From the human T2T-CHM13v2.0 reference genome, Homo sapiens, in assembly GCF_009914755.1 (NCBI RefSeq), contig NC_060932.1: 64,000 nt of DNA. One strand, written 5' to 3'. Position numbers and translations under genes: made by a program. Each line of letters starts with the position of its first letter. Position 1 is the stretch's first letter. Below, one piece after another: positions 1 to 13,362 of the stretch. Under the pieces are notes generated by a model, which was not told where the DNA came from, searched no databases, and saw only the letters and a list, made by a program, of their open reading frames with translations.

Positions 1-259
1 TAAAGACCTTTATTTTGTCTGCTTTTGCCTTGGTAAGCCTTAGTGTCAAAGTGAAGCAATTTTATGTTTTGAGAAAGGAGTGAATGGAGGGGAAGGAGAT
101 GCTTCAAGGTCAATCACACCAATTCTGCTTCCCCAACCTCCGTGGTAAGCGCTGTCAATTATTAAATGTTTGAAAAGGTTTGCTCTGACTGTAGCTTTCT
201 CAGTGTTGCTAGTCAGTGGTGCTTCTAAAGCTCTTGAGAAACAATATGATGCAATATGA

Positions 260-289
260 TGTTTTGTTTTGTTTTGTTTTGTTTTTTTT
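260..289. repeat. (GTTTT)n simple repeat
   Basis: Run of gtttt units ending in poly-T. Confidence 0.85.
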
Positions 290-1369
290 CCTGAAAAGGG
301 GGAACTAATAATCTTGTTAACTAATACATTTTTTTTGGCCATTATTGATTTGTCAAAGGATCCGTGTGTCTGCTCTTCAGCATCCCCTAGGGAGAGTCCA
401 CGTTATTTCTAAGAAGACAGGAGAGAAGGAGGGAGAAAAAAACGTGCAGATCAAAAGGCCTCAGAAAAAAACAAAGTGGGATGAAATGCTGGGCTTTATT
501 CTGTACAACCTAAGCATTTTCTATCTTTGATGAGTCAAGGTATCCTTATTTTTTTATTCTTGTGGTTAGTGATGGTGGAGAGAGGAATACAAATGGCTGG
601 CTTGTTTCTACAGAAAGAGGAGTATAGTTCAAAGTGGATTAAGGTGGGCAGTTTAGGGTCAACATGTGACAGGACTGGTCGATGCTAGGGTGGGCAGTGG
701 TTGGAGGATGACCCCTAATGCATCAAAGACTGAGAAAGATTTCAAAACATGAATTAATTGCAAAGGTTCTTGAAGGCAAGTTGAGATTTGGATTTTATTC
801 TCAGTCCTAGCTTTAATTTTGCAAGCCTGGTCTAAGTCACAGTAACCTGTCATGTGTGTGCTGTATTAGACTATGAAACAGAGTTTGTGAACGTGTCACT
901 ACATTTTCCTGTTACACTTGATTTTTCCTTCTGGCTTTTACTGATCTCACTCCAAGTCTTCTTCTCTCCAAAACGATGGTGGGCTGTTCTTTCCTCTCGA
1001 GTGGCCACTGATGTAACCACTCAGGGGTGGCCCAACCATAGGCTAAACAGTGAACTATGGCAGGCTTTCAGATGGAGGAATCTTCCCAGAGATGATAATT
1101 GTTGGCTGAGACAAATGGGCTTAATCTCTCACAAATTTGAACTAATACATCCACAGGGACATTGTTAATTGATGATGGTTGCTGAAGCTAAAACGTGTAG
1201 TAGTCCTGGTTGATGTGGTCTTTCCATGAGCTGGTTGTTTGCAACCAAATGAACCTGAGCAATAGAAAGACCTAGTAAAAATTTATTTAATTTCTTATCC
1301 TTTGGTTCCTACATTAGTCAATGAAATTTGTATACTCACTTGTTTCCCTTTATGAACATTTTACTAGAA

Positions 1370-3027
1370 CAGCATTTCTCAATGTTTTTAATCTCGAGAA
1401 CTCTTTATACTCTTAAAAATGGAAGGTCTGAAAGACCTTTTGTTTATATGCATTATATCCATCAATATTTACTATATTAAAGTTAAAACTGATAATTAAA
1501 AATATTTTCTTATTTATTTAAAAATAAAAAACTCATTATATGGTAATATAAAAATATGTTCTTTAAGCAAAGAAAATCCTATCTAGCAAAACAATACTGA
1601 ATAGGGTAGGCATTGCTTTATTTTTGCAAATATTTTAAGTGTCTGAACTGATAAAAGACAGCAGGATTCTCAAATGCATATTTAGTCTGTTGCAATATGT
1701 CCTATTGATTGAAGTTTATGAAGAAAATTCAGGCTAACACAGGCTAAAGGGAGAAAAAAAGGAGAATTTTAATAGACTTTTCAGATAGTTGTGGATATTT
1801 TCCTTTATTATACCTAAATTTGACAAGTTATAGTTTCTTTTTTTTTTCTTTTGAGACGGAGTCTTGCTGTCGCCCAGGCTGGAGTGCAGTGGCGTGATCT
1901 TGACTCACTGCAAGCTCTGCCTGCTGAGTTCACGCCATTCTCCTGCCTCAGGCAACCGCCACCACACCTGGCTAGTTTTTTTGTATTTTTAGTACAGACG
2001 GGATTTCACGGTGTTAGCCAGGATGGTCTCGATCTCCTGACCTCGTGATCCGCCTGCCTCGGCCTCCCAAAGTGCTGGGATTACAGGTGTGAGCCATTGC
2101 GCCTGGCCGACAAGTTATAGTATCTTAAAGATTAGTTACAAATAAATTCTAAAACCATATCAATGAACTTTTTGTACTCTGTCATGTAAAGACCCATTAG
2201 TCTACACTACACTTTGAATGGTCTTTTTATCCATACTTGACTTTGTAATATTATGTCTTGATCATTTGGAAAATGTTGGTTCAGCAAATTATACAGATCT
2301 TCAAAATGCTGACATAATTCTAAAATATAAAAAAGTCACTTTCAGCACTGATATCAGAAAAATCTCTAAATCTTGGGAAGTTGTCAAACTCATTATGGCA
2401 GGCAAATGTTTTCCATAATACCAATTTTTGATAGAAAGTTTAAGTATTATCATTAGCAACAAATACAATTGGTTTTCCTAGAAGCGACAGGCTTCTCTCA
2501 TTCTTTTTTTGAGAAAATATTTTGCAAATATCCACGTCCAAATAATCTTTATTTGCCTGCCGTCATTCTTTCTGATAAAATTGGTGTTCCAGGAAGAAAT
2601 AGGTAGTTCAGGTTAAAAATCAATTGCACAACAGTTTCCCTCAAGATAACAATTGTACTTAGATATGCGTACTTCCCGTTTTGGCACACAAAATATTAAA
2701 GAGTGTACCTCAAGGGTTGAGATTTAATAATATCAAAAGTCTTGCTTCATCAAGGACATTCTTAAGTGAAACTGGCTTTTTTTTTTTTTTTTTTTCAAAT
2801 ACATGTTTTGCCTTGATTTTGTAAGGTACTGGCAGTTCTGTCCACCATTACTTTTGCATCATCAATGCAAATATCAACACAACAAAAAGGAAAATAATGT
2901 CTTAGTATTATTATGAAAATAATTTTGACCCTGTGGACCCTCTGAAAGTGTTTCTGCAGACAGAGTTACTGCAAGTTTCCTGGGGACCCTTGGTTGGGCT
3001 CTGTGTGCCACATTTTGAGGACTGCTG
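1370..3027 (-). mobile_element. hAT DNA transposon, Charlie1-like non-autonomous copy, interrupted by an AluY
   Basis: Terminal inverted repeats CAGCATTTCTCAA (1370) and TTGAGGACTGCTG (to 3027). Flanking 8-mers TACTAGAA / CCCTAGAG share the CTAG core typical of Charlie targets. 2810-3020 resembles the reverse complement of the Charlie1a 5' end. Confidence 0.75.
1839..2108 (-). mobile_element. AluY with a ~24-bp internal deletion
   Basis: Poly-T, then GAGACGGAGTCTTGCT...CCTGGCC. AluY-type CAAGCTCTGCC and TTCACGCCATTC. TSD GACAAGTTATAGT(T/A)TCT at 1822-1838 and 2109-2125. Confidence 0.95.
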
Positions 3028-3848
3028 CCCTAGAGGGTAAGTATGGGTTTTATAGCACACTGGTCCTTAAGCTTTTGTGTCTGTATCACACTTTCCATTA
3101 CTGGAGATTGGAGGACACAAATGAAGGGATTAAATAAAGCAAACACTAGATTTTACAAAAGCACCTTACTGAAAAGTTAAAAGAGATACTAAGAGGTTAA
3201 ATGGACTTCCTTGAGGATTCTGCTTTGATCTTTCCTAAACCACTCTGTAATTTTAAGTCAATAATTTGCCAAGTGCTCCATGAACAGAGAATATGGCCTC
3301 ATAAACTTAGGAGTAAGATTGTCTGCCAGTGGGAGAAAGAGAATTAGTGTCAAACAAACAAACACACATATTTCAGATTCATGTAGTTTATGCTTTGGGG
3401 GCTTGGGGGAAAAAGCTGCAGAATTACAAAAAAATGTGAATTTTGTGCTATGGAAGTATTAGTAGAGAAAGAAAATGATTAAACAAGTAGGGAAATAATC
3501 ACAGTGCAGTCAAAAGAAAAAAGTTTTCTAAATTCTAAGTGGTCTTAAAGCCTAGGAATGAATTCTAAAAGACTGGGTGGGTAGTTAAGGTTTGGAGGGG
3601 AAGGAAGGTTAACTTGAGCTCATTAATTAGCTCATGCCGGTTAAATTTACAATGTTAGAAAAAGGAGCCCTTAAAATAACACATTATAAGAAAATGCCAG
3701 TACAACAGTGTATTCATTAGAGAAAAATGTCAAATATGTGGGGGAATGTTAACATTTTATTTAAAAGAATGGCTTATTTTAATGTATATAATTATATCTA
3801 GACTATGGAAATGGTTATTTTTTGTTGTTTTGAAAAATAAAAGATCCT

Positions 3849-3899
3849 TGAAATGACATTCATCCTATTAAAACTGTTAATAGGATGAATGTCACTTCA
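3849..3899. repeat. Inverted repeat / hairpin: 23-bp arms, 5-nt loop, one mismatch
   Basis: TGAAATGACATTCATCCTATTAA-AACTG-TTAATAGGATGAATGTCACTTCA. Confidence 0.95.
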
Positions 3900-4129
3900 G
3901 GGATAAGTGAAAACCACAGAATGTGGCATTCATACAAAGCTAGTTCTGTGCTCACTCTGGAAATAGAAGATATTTTGGAAAAATCTTACTTCATAATAAT
4001 ATTTTATGGGAGAAAACTATAGCCTATTTGTATACTTTGTTCCATTGTAAAGTATAATTCTCTAATAGTTTTGCTACTATAGCCATGTAAAATTTTCCTG
4101 TCTTTCCCATCCAAAAGAACTGCCACAAT

Positions 4130-4450
4130 CCACAGTGGCTTCAATATCCAAAGAATTTCTCACACCATTAGTGATAATGGCACACATTATAGTCATTAAA
4201 AAGAATGATGTACAATATACTCATAGACTGAAAAATTAAATTGTATGCATCTCACAGAAACAAATTTTATATGCATATATGTCAGTAATGCATTTATGTA
4301 TGTATATATATATATATATTTATACCAAATATTAATCGTGGTTATCTCTGATAGTTAGCAAAGGTGGTAGGATACAATTATAGATAACCTTCACTTTTCA
4401 CTCTTTATTTCTGTGATATTTGATTTCTTCCAAGTATGCATTCCTTAAAA
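4130..4450 (+). mobile_element. Highly diverged old L1 (L1MC/ME-like) 3' end fragment
   Basis: CATTAAAAAGAATGA...CCAAATATTAATCGTGGTTATCTCTG resembles ancient L1 3' UTR. Contains a short (TA)n. Confidence 0.4.
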
Positions 4451-5070
4451 ATTCAGGAAAAATCACAGAAAAAAAAATAAAAGGAACATTGCATTTTGCT
4501 TATAGTAGAAAATTTGAAAAGCCAAAAAAGTTTTTGAGAGGAACATAAAAACCTTCATCAAGTTAGAAAGATAAGTTATATAAAAATAACTAGAATTCAA
4601 GATAGAGTCATACATTTATTAGTATTCCAGTGATATGCTTTGGCATCAGAAACTATTTCTAACTATAAGAATAGAAATAACCTTATACCACCTTGGAATC
4701 AGGGTGCCAGGGACAAAATTCCACTCCAACATTATTTGTTGTCCTTATGAATGAATAAGGGTATAAAGTAAGGATAGAAAAGTCAAATGCTCAGGTAGGT
4801 TTCCATTTATGCTACTGGTAAACTTCTTGTTTGTCTTTAAGGAGAACCCCACTATGAAGCCGGTCAGGTGGGGAGACAGCACTTCCATTCTCTTTAAATG
4901 ATAGAAATGTCTAATTTCTGAGACTCTCTGTCTTGTGGAGCACTGTCGTCTTCATGGACACAGGCAGGATGGCAAGTAAGTGAAAGGCAAGGACAGTATG
5001 TACTCGAAAGTCTTCATCTACATAAAAGCAAGAGGAGAAAGGGCCTCTGAGCATTATTTGCTAAATGGTC

Positions 5071-5477
5071 TGTTATCATTTGTCCCCTCCAAATCTCATG
5101 TTGAAATTTGATCTCTCATGTTGGAGGTGAGGCCTAGTGGGAGGTGTTTGGGGCCTCCCATTCATTGGGGAGGATCCCTCATGAATGGCTTCCTGCCATT
5201 CTCATGGAATCCAGTGAATTCTCCCTCTTAGTTCATGTGAGATCTGGTTGGTTAAGAGTCAGACACCTGCCTTCCCTCACTCTCTTTCAGCCATGTGATG
5301 CTGCTTTCCTTCACCTTCCACCTTGAGTGGAAGCTCCATGAAGTCCTCACCAGATGCTGATGCTGGCGCCGTTCTTGTTTTATAGCCTGCAGAGCCATGA
5401 GCCAAAGAAATCTATTTTATTTATAAATTACCCAGCCTCAGGTATTTCCTTTACAGCAACACAAATGGACTAAGACA
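5071..5477 (+). mobile_element. MaLR solo LTR, MST family (MSTB-like)
   Basis: TG...TTTGTCCCCTCCAAATCTCATGTTGAAAT start and ...AAATGGACTAAGACA end. Perfect 5-bp TSD TGGTC (5066-5070, 5478-5482). Confidence 0.9.
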
Positions 5478-6069
5478 TGGTCATGACAAAGTCTCCCATA
5501 GAAAACTGATCTGGCCTTCTCCAAAACTGAGGGCAGCTGGGAGGCATAAACAGAAAAGGACATTGGACAACACTGGGTTTAGCCTGAGAGACTCTCCTCA
5601 CTAGAGAAGCAGATTTTCAGTTGTCCAATCAAGCTGCTAAAGAAAGAGGGGCTGATTTGTCAGACTATTTTGTCTATAACTAGGGTAGCCATATATGCCA
5701 ATTTCCCCAAGGCAGTCTTGATTAGCTTCTATTTTTTGGCACAATTCTGAACAGTGTCACCTCTTTTATTCTAAAATGTTTTCTGAAATAAAAATGATTC
5801 TTATGGCCGAACTCTTCTTCTGTTCTTATGGTTGAACTGTTGAGGAAAACAACATCCTGGTCATGGCAGACTCTTGACTGTGTTGGCAAAAGAGTCATTC
5901 CCAATCAGCTTGCCTTTTGTCACGTTTTGTTACAGAGGTGAGGAAAATGAAATACTTTTGCAGCCACCCTTGAAGCCAGGATTGGCCATGCTAAGTACTT
6001 TTGGCCAGAGAGTATTTTCTGGGGAATTTTACAAATATTTTGGTACTGACTTCTCTTCTTCCTGTTTTG

Positions 6070-6280
6070 AGTGAGGACATGATACTTGGAGCAACAACAG
6101 TCACCTTGAAACTCTGAGTGAAGGGCCAAAACAGTTTCAAAGACCAAAGTCCTAACAGTATTGAGCTGCTAATCCTATGCCAACAGTCAGCTAATCCAAG
6201 AACAGATTACAACTTTATTGATTTAAGTTTCTTTTAGGTTGGTTTTCTGTTACTTGCAGTTAACATAATTCCCAATGTAC
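6070..6280 (+). mobile_element. Old MLT1 LTR 3' fragment
   Basis: End motif TTGGTTTTCTGTTACTTGCAG typical of MLT1J/K-type LTRs. Confidence 0.5.
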
Positions 6281-7424
6281 ACAATGAGTTATTTTCTTCC
6301 CTTACTTTAGATTATTCAATTGGTTGACTTAGGCCTGGAAATCAACCTCTCATTTTGGCATGTAGCTCACTGCCTTTGGGGACATTAAATATATTCTTTG
6401 ACTATCTCCCATTACAGGTACTGTATATAAATACTGAAACAAAACAATGGAAAAAGCAAATAGGAAATAGAGTGAGAATCAGGGGAACTGAGGGGAAGCA
6501 CCAAGTTTATCTTCTTTAGATAGTTCTTATTTTGGAGACAGGATATTTATTTCCTGCGAGCTCTAAGGACTGTGCATTTAGCAAGGACCGTTCATTTTTC
6601 ATCTTCCTCACTAATGTCTTAAGGGAGGGAAAGATAAATCTGAGTGTCATCAGGATACATATGGAGCTGAGGGCCACAGTTGCTAATTAAGTCCTCTTCA
6701 AAGACCCATTTGGATGCCTCAGCATACGTGATAAAAAAGATTACCCCCAATGATGTCATGTTTTTCCAGGCATCAAAAGAACCCCAAATTACCTTGTGTT
6801 AACAAGAGTGGTTGGAGAAAGCTAAGATACCACTACAATCTCCCCTTACCCTCTGCATAGTGCTGGCTAAGTGGTATGGTCCTGATTTTCTGATAATTAC
6901 TACTTTTAAGGAGATGGTATTTTGTTGCAGTGTCACTGAGGAAACAGAATTCCAATCATAACAGGCCCCGAAGCAATTTAAGTGCTGCAAACCGACCCCA
7001 AATAGAATTCACTTGAACCTTGCCAGAAATAGGAATATCACTTTCTTGAAGCTCAAGGGGAGAGAAAAGTAATTTGGGAAACAGACAGTACATTGCAAGG
7101 TTCTCCTTTGCCTTCACGATGTTCATATGTCCACTGAGTCTGACTGGCAATTTAAAGAAATCTGTTTATTTTATTCTGTGTTTTTCCAAAGGATTTCCTC
7201 CCATTTTCCCTAGCTCCATTTCTTAACCCACATGGAGAACCTGGCAGGAACTTATCAGGGCTGGTTCTTAGTCTGGTCCTATTCCCACAACGTTCCCTGC
7301 TAAAATCAAGCCAAAATGATACCAGAATCCATCTATGAGATGAAGTAAGAGTGTCTTTCAGTTCACTTTCAGACAGCTGGATTCCAGCTTTAATGGCTGG
7401 TGAGCCAGCAGAACAGATAGACTG

Positions 7425-7593
7425 TTTTTTGTTTGTTTGTTTGTTTCAGACATGGTCTCGCTCTATCACCCAGGCTGGAGTACAGGAGTGTAATCACAGC
7501 TCACTGCAGCATTGACCTTCTGAACTCAAGCTATCCTCCCACCTCAGCCTCCCAACATGCTGGGATTATAGGCGTAAACCACCATGCATAGCC
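7425..7593 (-). mobile_element. Alu monomer (FAM/FRAM-like)
   Basis: (TTTG)n tail, then a single ~150-bp Alu arm ending GGATTATAGGCGTAAACCACCATGCATAGCC. Confidence 0.85.
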
Positions 7594-7659
7594 TTTAGGA
7601 CTGTCTTTTTAACCTGAAAGCTAGATGGACGCTAACAAAGATTGTCCTGTGTTTCTTTT

Positions 7660-7676
7660 GTGTGTGTGTGTGTGTG
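7660..7676. repeat. (TG)n microsatellite
   Basis: About 8 TG units. Confidence 0.85.
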
Positions 7677-8559
7677 GAGGGGGAGCACTTTCATTTAGAT
7701 ACGCAGATGATTTCCCTAAAGAAAGGATATCAGATCAGCAAATGGCCTGTTTTTATGAAATTTACTCTTAAGAAATGGATGTAAATATCTAAAAGTTTTC
7801 CAAATCTGGTCATGGAAGATATAGCCCATTTAGCCCAAAGTTTCTCTCACCTCGTCTTCCACTAGTTAACTTTGTTTTTCAGGAAACATTCAGTTAACAA
7901 TCAGTGAATTTTCTAAGCTGATTTACAGGTCTAAGCAACATACTCCTATGAGAATCTGACTTTCTGCTTGGTTAAAATGGAATAAAGCATTTACAATTTT
8001 GGATAGCCCCTGCTTAGACTAAAGGGTGGTAGAATTGTTCTATGTTATTGTAGGCTGCTAGCCCATGAAGATTAAGAATGAGATTCACTTGGCAATATCT
8101 GACCAAATACCAGAATGGAACAGGCCAATCGCAAGGGTAAAATCAAGTCCTGTTTTAGCAGCAGGTCCAACAGGGACAAGGAAGTAAATTATTTCAATTT
8201 TGCTCCAGGATAAAAGCAAACATATATTTCATTGATTTTTTGCAGGGCTCAAGGGTGGTAGTCAACAATTTTTTCAGTTTCTACAGCAAATTTCTAATAT
8301 TAGCTGCATATCTATAAAATCATCAGATCATTGGAAGGTAATTACTTTCTATATGGCAGATGGAGTTCTATTAGGTTTTCACTGAGGCATCAATAAATAA
8401 TGACACAATTTCTCAATAAAAAGAACTCATTTGGTAAATTTTCCAAGACAGCTATTTTCTTGCTCGCTGAAGACATGACAAGCAATATAAGTTGAAATAG
8501 AAACTAAATTTGTCTTAATTATATCTATGTATTCTAGGAGCTTATCTCCCAAACTGCTT

Positions 8560-10890
8560 ACCATTATTTCTCTGTCCATCTGAATTACTAATGGAAACTA
8601 GGAATAGATAAAATACTGAGGTTGAGTTGCCTAAGATAATAAAAGTTAAGATTTACTGGCAGGTGGTGAAGGAAGGGGATTTGGTTTGGATCTGTGTCCT
8701 CACCCAAATCTCATGTTCAAATGCAATCCCTAATCTGGAGGTAGGGCCTGGTGGGAGGTGATTGGATCATGTGGGGCAGGGTGGGGAGGTGGGTGGTTTC
8801 TCATGAATGGTTTATCGCCATCCCGCAATGCTGTTCTTGTGTTATAGCTCTGTGAGATATGGTTGTTTAAAAGTGTGTAGGCCCTCCCCCACCTCTCTCT
8901 ATCTTCTGCTCCAGCCATGTAAGTTGTGCCTGCTACCCCTTCACCTTCTGCCATGATTGTAAGTTTCCTGAGGCCTCCCCAGAAGCAGAAGCCACTATGC
9001 TTCTTATGTAGCCTGCAGAACCCATGAGCCAATTAAACCTCTTTTCTTTATAAGTTACCCAGTCTCAGGTATTTCTTTATTGCATTGTAAGAACAGATTA
9101 ATACAGAAGGGGTCAAATGATTCAGAAAAGTGGGAATAGGATAGTGGGTACACCACTTAGAGCCAGAAAACCCAACAGTTTTCTGTGGGAGAACCCAGAA
9201 GACACTCAGTTTAATCAAGTAATAAGAAGGTGTTGCTGGGAGGGGCACTGGAACCACTGAGAGGCTCAGATGCTATTAAAAAGTTGGGCTCCTAAAAGCA
9301 ATGGGGTGATAAAAATCTGAAATATTAGAGACCAGATGACATTTTAACCCTTGGAAGAAAGATACAAACAAATATCACAAGTGACAAAACCAGAGTGGCA
9401 GCCAGGGGTCTCAATCTGCAGAAAGCTTGGAGATGCTGAATGGGACACTGTATTCCTAGAGGCAGAAGAGTGAGGCAGCCGAAAGGATACTACTTAATTT
9501 ATACAATCAAAAGAAACCAAGGATGCATGATCCGGAAACTAAAGGCAATCACCTCAATAAAAGTCATGATCTGTTGCTCAGTTTTTGAACTTGGGCCAAC
9601 TCTCAGACTCTAAACCCATTGACTGAAGGAGAGGCCAGCATCCTATAAGGAAACACACTGCAATACCATGTAACCCTCTGTATCTTTCCCCAAATAGACC
9701 TATGGACATTTACTAGGAAAGCATGCACTGGGGAAAGGAGGACACCCAGACTTGTGAGGATTGTTGGGCACACAGTCTGACTTTATTAGTACCTGGAGAC
9801 TCAAAGTGGCACCCTGACCCCCAGTGGGTGGTAGATGGCGTCTTGACTCAGGACTGGCTAACTGTGAGTCCATCTAGCCCATGGACCTATGAAGATGCTA
9901 TTTCTTTTGTCCCCTAAAGTATAATTGGAAGGGCCAGACTTAGTAGCTGGCAGAACACTCACATTGGTTCCTTGACCTGGGGGGTAAGAGAGCTCATAGA
10001 AGTGAAGGCAAAGTGAAAGGCTCTGAATCTGACCCCTCTTCCCAATTTATCCCTGGCCCAGATAGTGAATCAAAGTAAATACGATGTCCTGCAATCTTGG
10101 ACATTTTTAATGCTGAGGAAAGATTAATGCCACTCCTTAAAATACCTAAAGAATGCAAGGATGGTGGTCTCTGTCAAATTTAGTGAAATTGCATTTCCCC
10201 TGTAACAATCAAGGCCCTGAGACCTGCAGAGATTGCAGAGGCAGGAAATAGAAATTTCCCAAGTGAATCACTGGAGAAGTCCACTAGTCTGATCCCTGCA
10301 GAAACCAGGTGGTTCAACTGCTGCAAACAAGCAAGTAGTAATCTCAATTGCAGCTGCTGTGCTGGATGCAGCAGTTTTGCTGGAGCAGATTAACACAGCC
10401 TCTGGCATAGGATATGCACACATTTACCTAGCACATATATTACTTTTTGTCTCTCAGGAAGGAGACACATAAGCAGTTTTCATTCATATGAGACATAGGA
10501 GAGTGTATTTTCATAGCCTTTCCCCAGGTCTGTGTTAACCTTTCCACCTTCAGTCATGATGTAGTCCAAAGGGATCTGTAATCATCTGTAAATTCTGTAG
10601 AACATCAGATTCATTCGCCATGTTGATGACATAGTCATTGAGCTAGATGACAAGAAGTGACAAATACTTGGTAAGACACATGTGCTTCCAAGGATGGGTG
10701 ATAAACCTTTGGAAATTCAGGGGCCTACCACCCCAGTGAAGCTTGTAGGGGTCTGGGTCTGCTGCCTTGACGGAGTGACAGAAAGGTTTCTCAGAGACAC
10801 AGCTGAGGTGCCAGCTTGGAGATGACCCCCTTAGAAGATGGGACACCATTTTCCAGGATATGTCTGGTCACCAGACCATCCATCTAGTGG
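8560..10890 (+). mobile_element. Decayed class III (ERVL, ERV3-16A3/HERV16-like) internal gag-pro-pol sequence
   Basis: Protease-like HWGK...TLLVPGD...VDGVLTQ..LTV.P (ORF 9723-9917). RT-like IAAAVLDAAVLLEQINTASGIGYAHIYLA (~10347-10433). HVDDIVI at 10619, where YIDD is expected. Many stops and frameshifts. Split by an MSTA LTR. Confidence 0.8.
8677..9105 (+). mobile_element. MSTA solo LTR inserted in the ERVL internal region
   Basis: TGGTTTGGATCTGTGTCCTCACCCAAATCTCATG...GAACAGATTAATACA. 5-bp TSD GAAGG (8672-8676, 9106-9110). Confidence 0.9.
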
Positions 10891-10891
10891 T

Positions 10892-11132
10892 GAAGGCCAG
10901 GAATTCAAGACTAGCCTAGGCAACATAGTGAGACCCTGTCTCTACAAAAAATTTAAAAAGAATTTAGCCAGGCATGGTGGTGTGCTCCAATAGTGCCAGC
11001 TACTCAGGACGCTGAGGTGGGAGGATCACTTTAGCTCAGGAGTCCAAGGTTGCAGTGAGATATAATTGCTCCACTGTACTCCAACCTGGGTGACAGAGCA
11101 AGACCCCGTTTCTAGAAAACATAATAAAAAAG
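10892..11132 (+). mobile_element. 5'-truncated AluJ
   Basis: Starts mid left arm. J-type GGAGGATCACTT...CAGGAGT. Decayed A tail. TAGTGGT occurs on both sides. Confidence 0.9.
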
Positions 11133-11162
11133 AAGTGAATAATAGTGGTATAAGATGTGCAC

Positions 11163-11593
11163 TGTAATAGATACTGGGGTGCTCTGCCCAGATCCCCTCT
11201 TCAGGACTGAGATATCCATCCTTCAACTGCTGGAAATATCAGCTGCTGATAGCTCACAGCTCATCTCTTGATGGGAATTGTACTCAGCCACAAGTAACTG
11301 CCTTACCCAGGTTTATGCCGCATATACCATCAGATGTTTACCAGTAACAAATTACTGGTGGTTCCAGGATTACAAATCACATGTCTGTTTGGGATGTACT
11401 GTAGGGACATGCTAGTTCCAGATCTCAATGTAAGATCAACCACAGTACTAGCTGCATTCACACTACAGTTCAGCCTCTCCCTCTGCCCATTCCTGCCTTC
11501 CTTATAGGTTTAACTCTCCTGAAATCACTTCCCAGTAAAACTGCACATATGTCTCAATTCCAGGTTTTGTTTTCCGGAGAGCCCAGTCTAACA
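11163..11593 (+). mobile_element. ERVL LTR, LTR16C-like; probable 3' LTR of the upstream internal sequence
   Basis: TG...CA ends. GCCCAGATCCCCTCTTCAGGACTGAG and GCTGCTGATAGCTCACAGCT match the LTR16 consensus as I recall it. Confidence 0.75.
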
Positions 11594-12093
11594 AATGTTA
11601 ATGCTTTGCATACATTATCTCATACTGTAGAAAAAGGATTCAAAATTGTCCCTGCCTCTCCCTGATACCTAGATTCTCAAAATTCATTAGTTATTTGGCA
11701 AATAATGAGAGATTACAATTGCCATGGGCCTGGAAGAAATACTGCTTCTGCAGTGATTTGCTCAAAACTGCTGCAGGATTGTGGCTCTGGGGAAGATAAA
11801 AATTGCCCTTGGTTGATCATTTGAGGAAAGGCTGATTCAGCAAAGGTCTAATTATAAAATGAGAGGGAGGGATCTCACAGTGGTTAAAATAATGTTCAGC
11901 ATGACTTACAGCCAATAACAAGGTGTGCTGATGTCATCAAGCAAGGGACAGTTTTTTCCTGTTTCTGAGGTCTGATAGAAGCCTGTTGGAGTTTTAAATG
12001 TGGTCTCATCCAACTCACCCACTTATTTGCAGATTGGGGTTATGCAAAAAAGGTTGATAGAAAACCTTTTTTGAACCACAAATTAGGGACAGA

Positions 12094-12147
12094 ATTTCAG
12101 CTATTACTGCTGTAACAACTATTTCAGCTATTACTGCTGTAACAACT
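12094..12147. repeat. Perfect 27-bp tandem duplication
   Basis: ATTTCAGCTATTACTGCTGTAACAACT twice. Confidence 0.97.
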
Positions 12148-12263
12148 ACCCCCAAACTTAGTGGGGTAAAACCTTAGGCTCATACATTCTGTGGGTCAGT
12201 AATTTGGACAGAGCACAGTTAGGGCAGCTTGCTTCTGCTCTACATTTTCTGGTGCCTAAACTA

Positions 12264-13362
<1,099 letters not shown>

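Noticed and set aside
5071-9105. Two MST LTRs as a proviral pair
   Set aside because: Each has its own TSD (TGGTC, GAAGG) and they look like different subfamilies, so they are independent solo LTRs.
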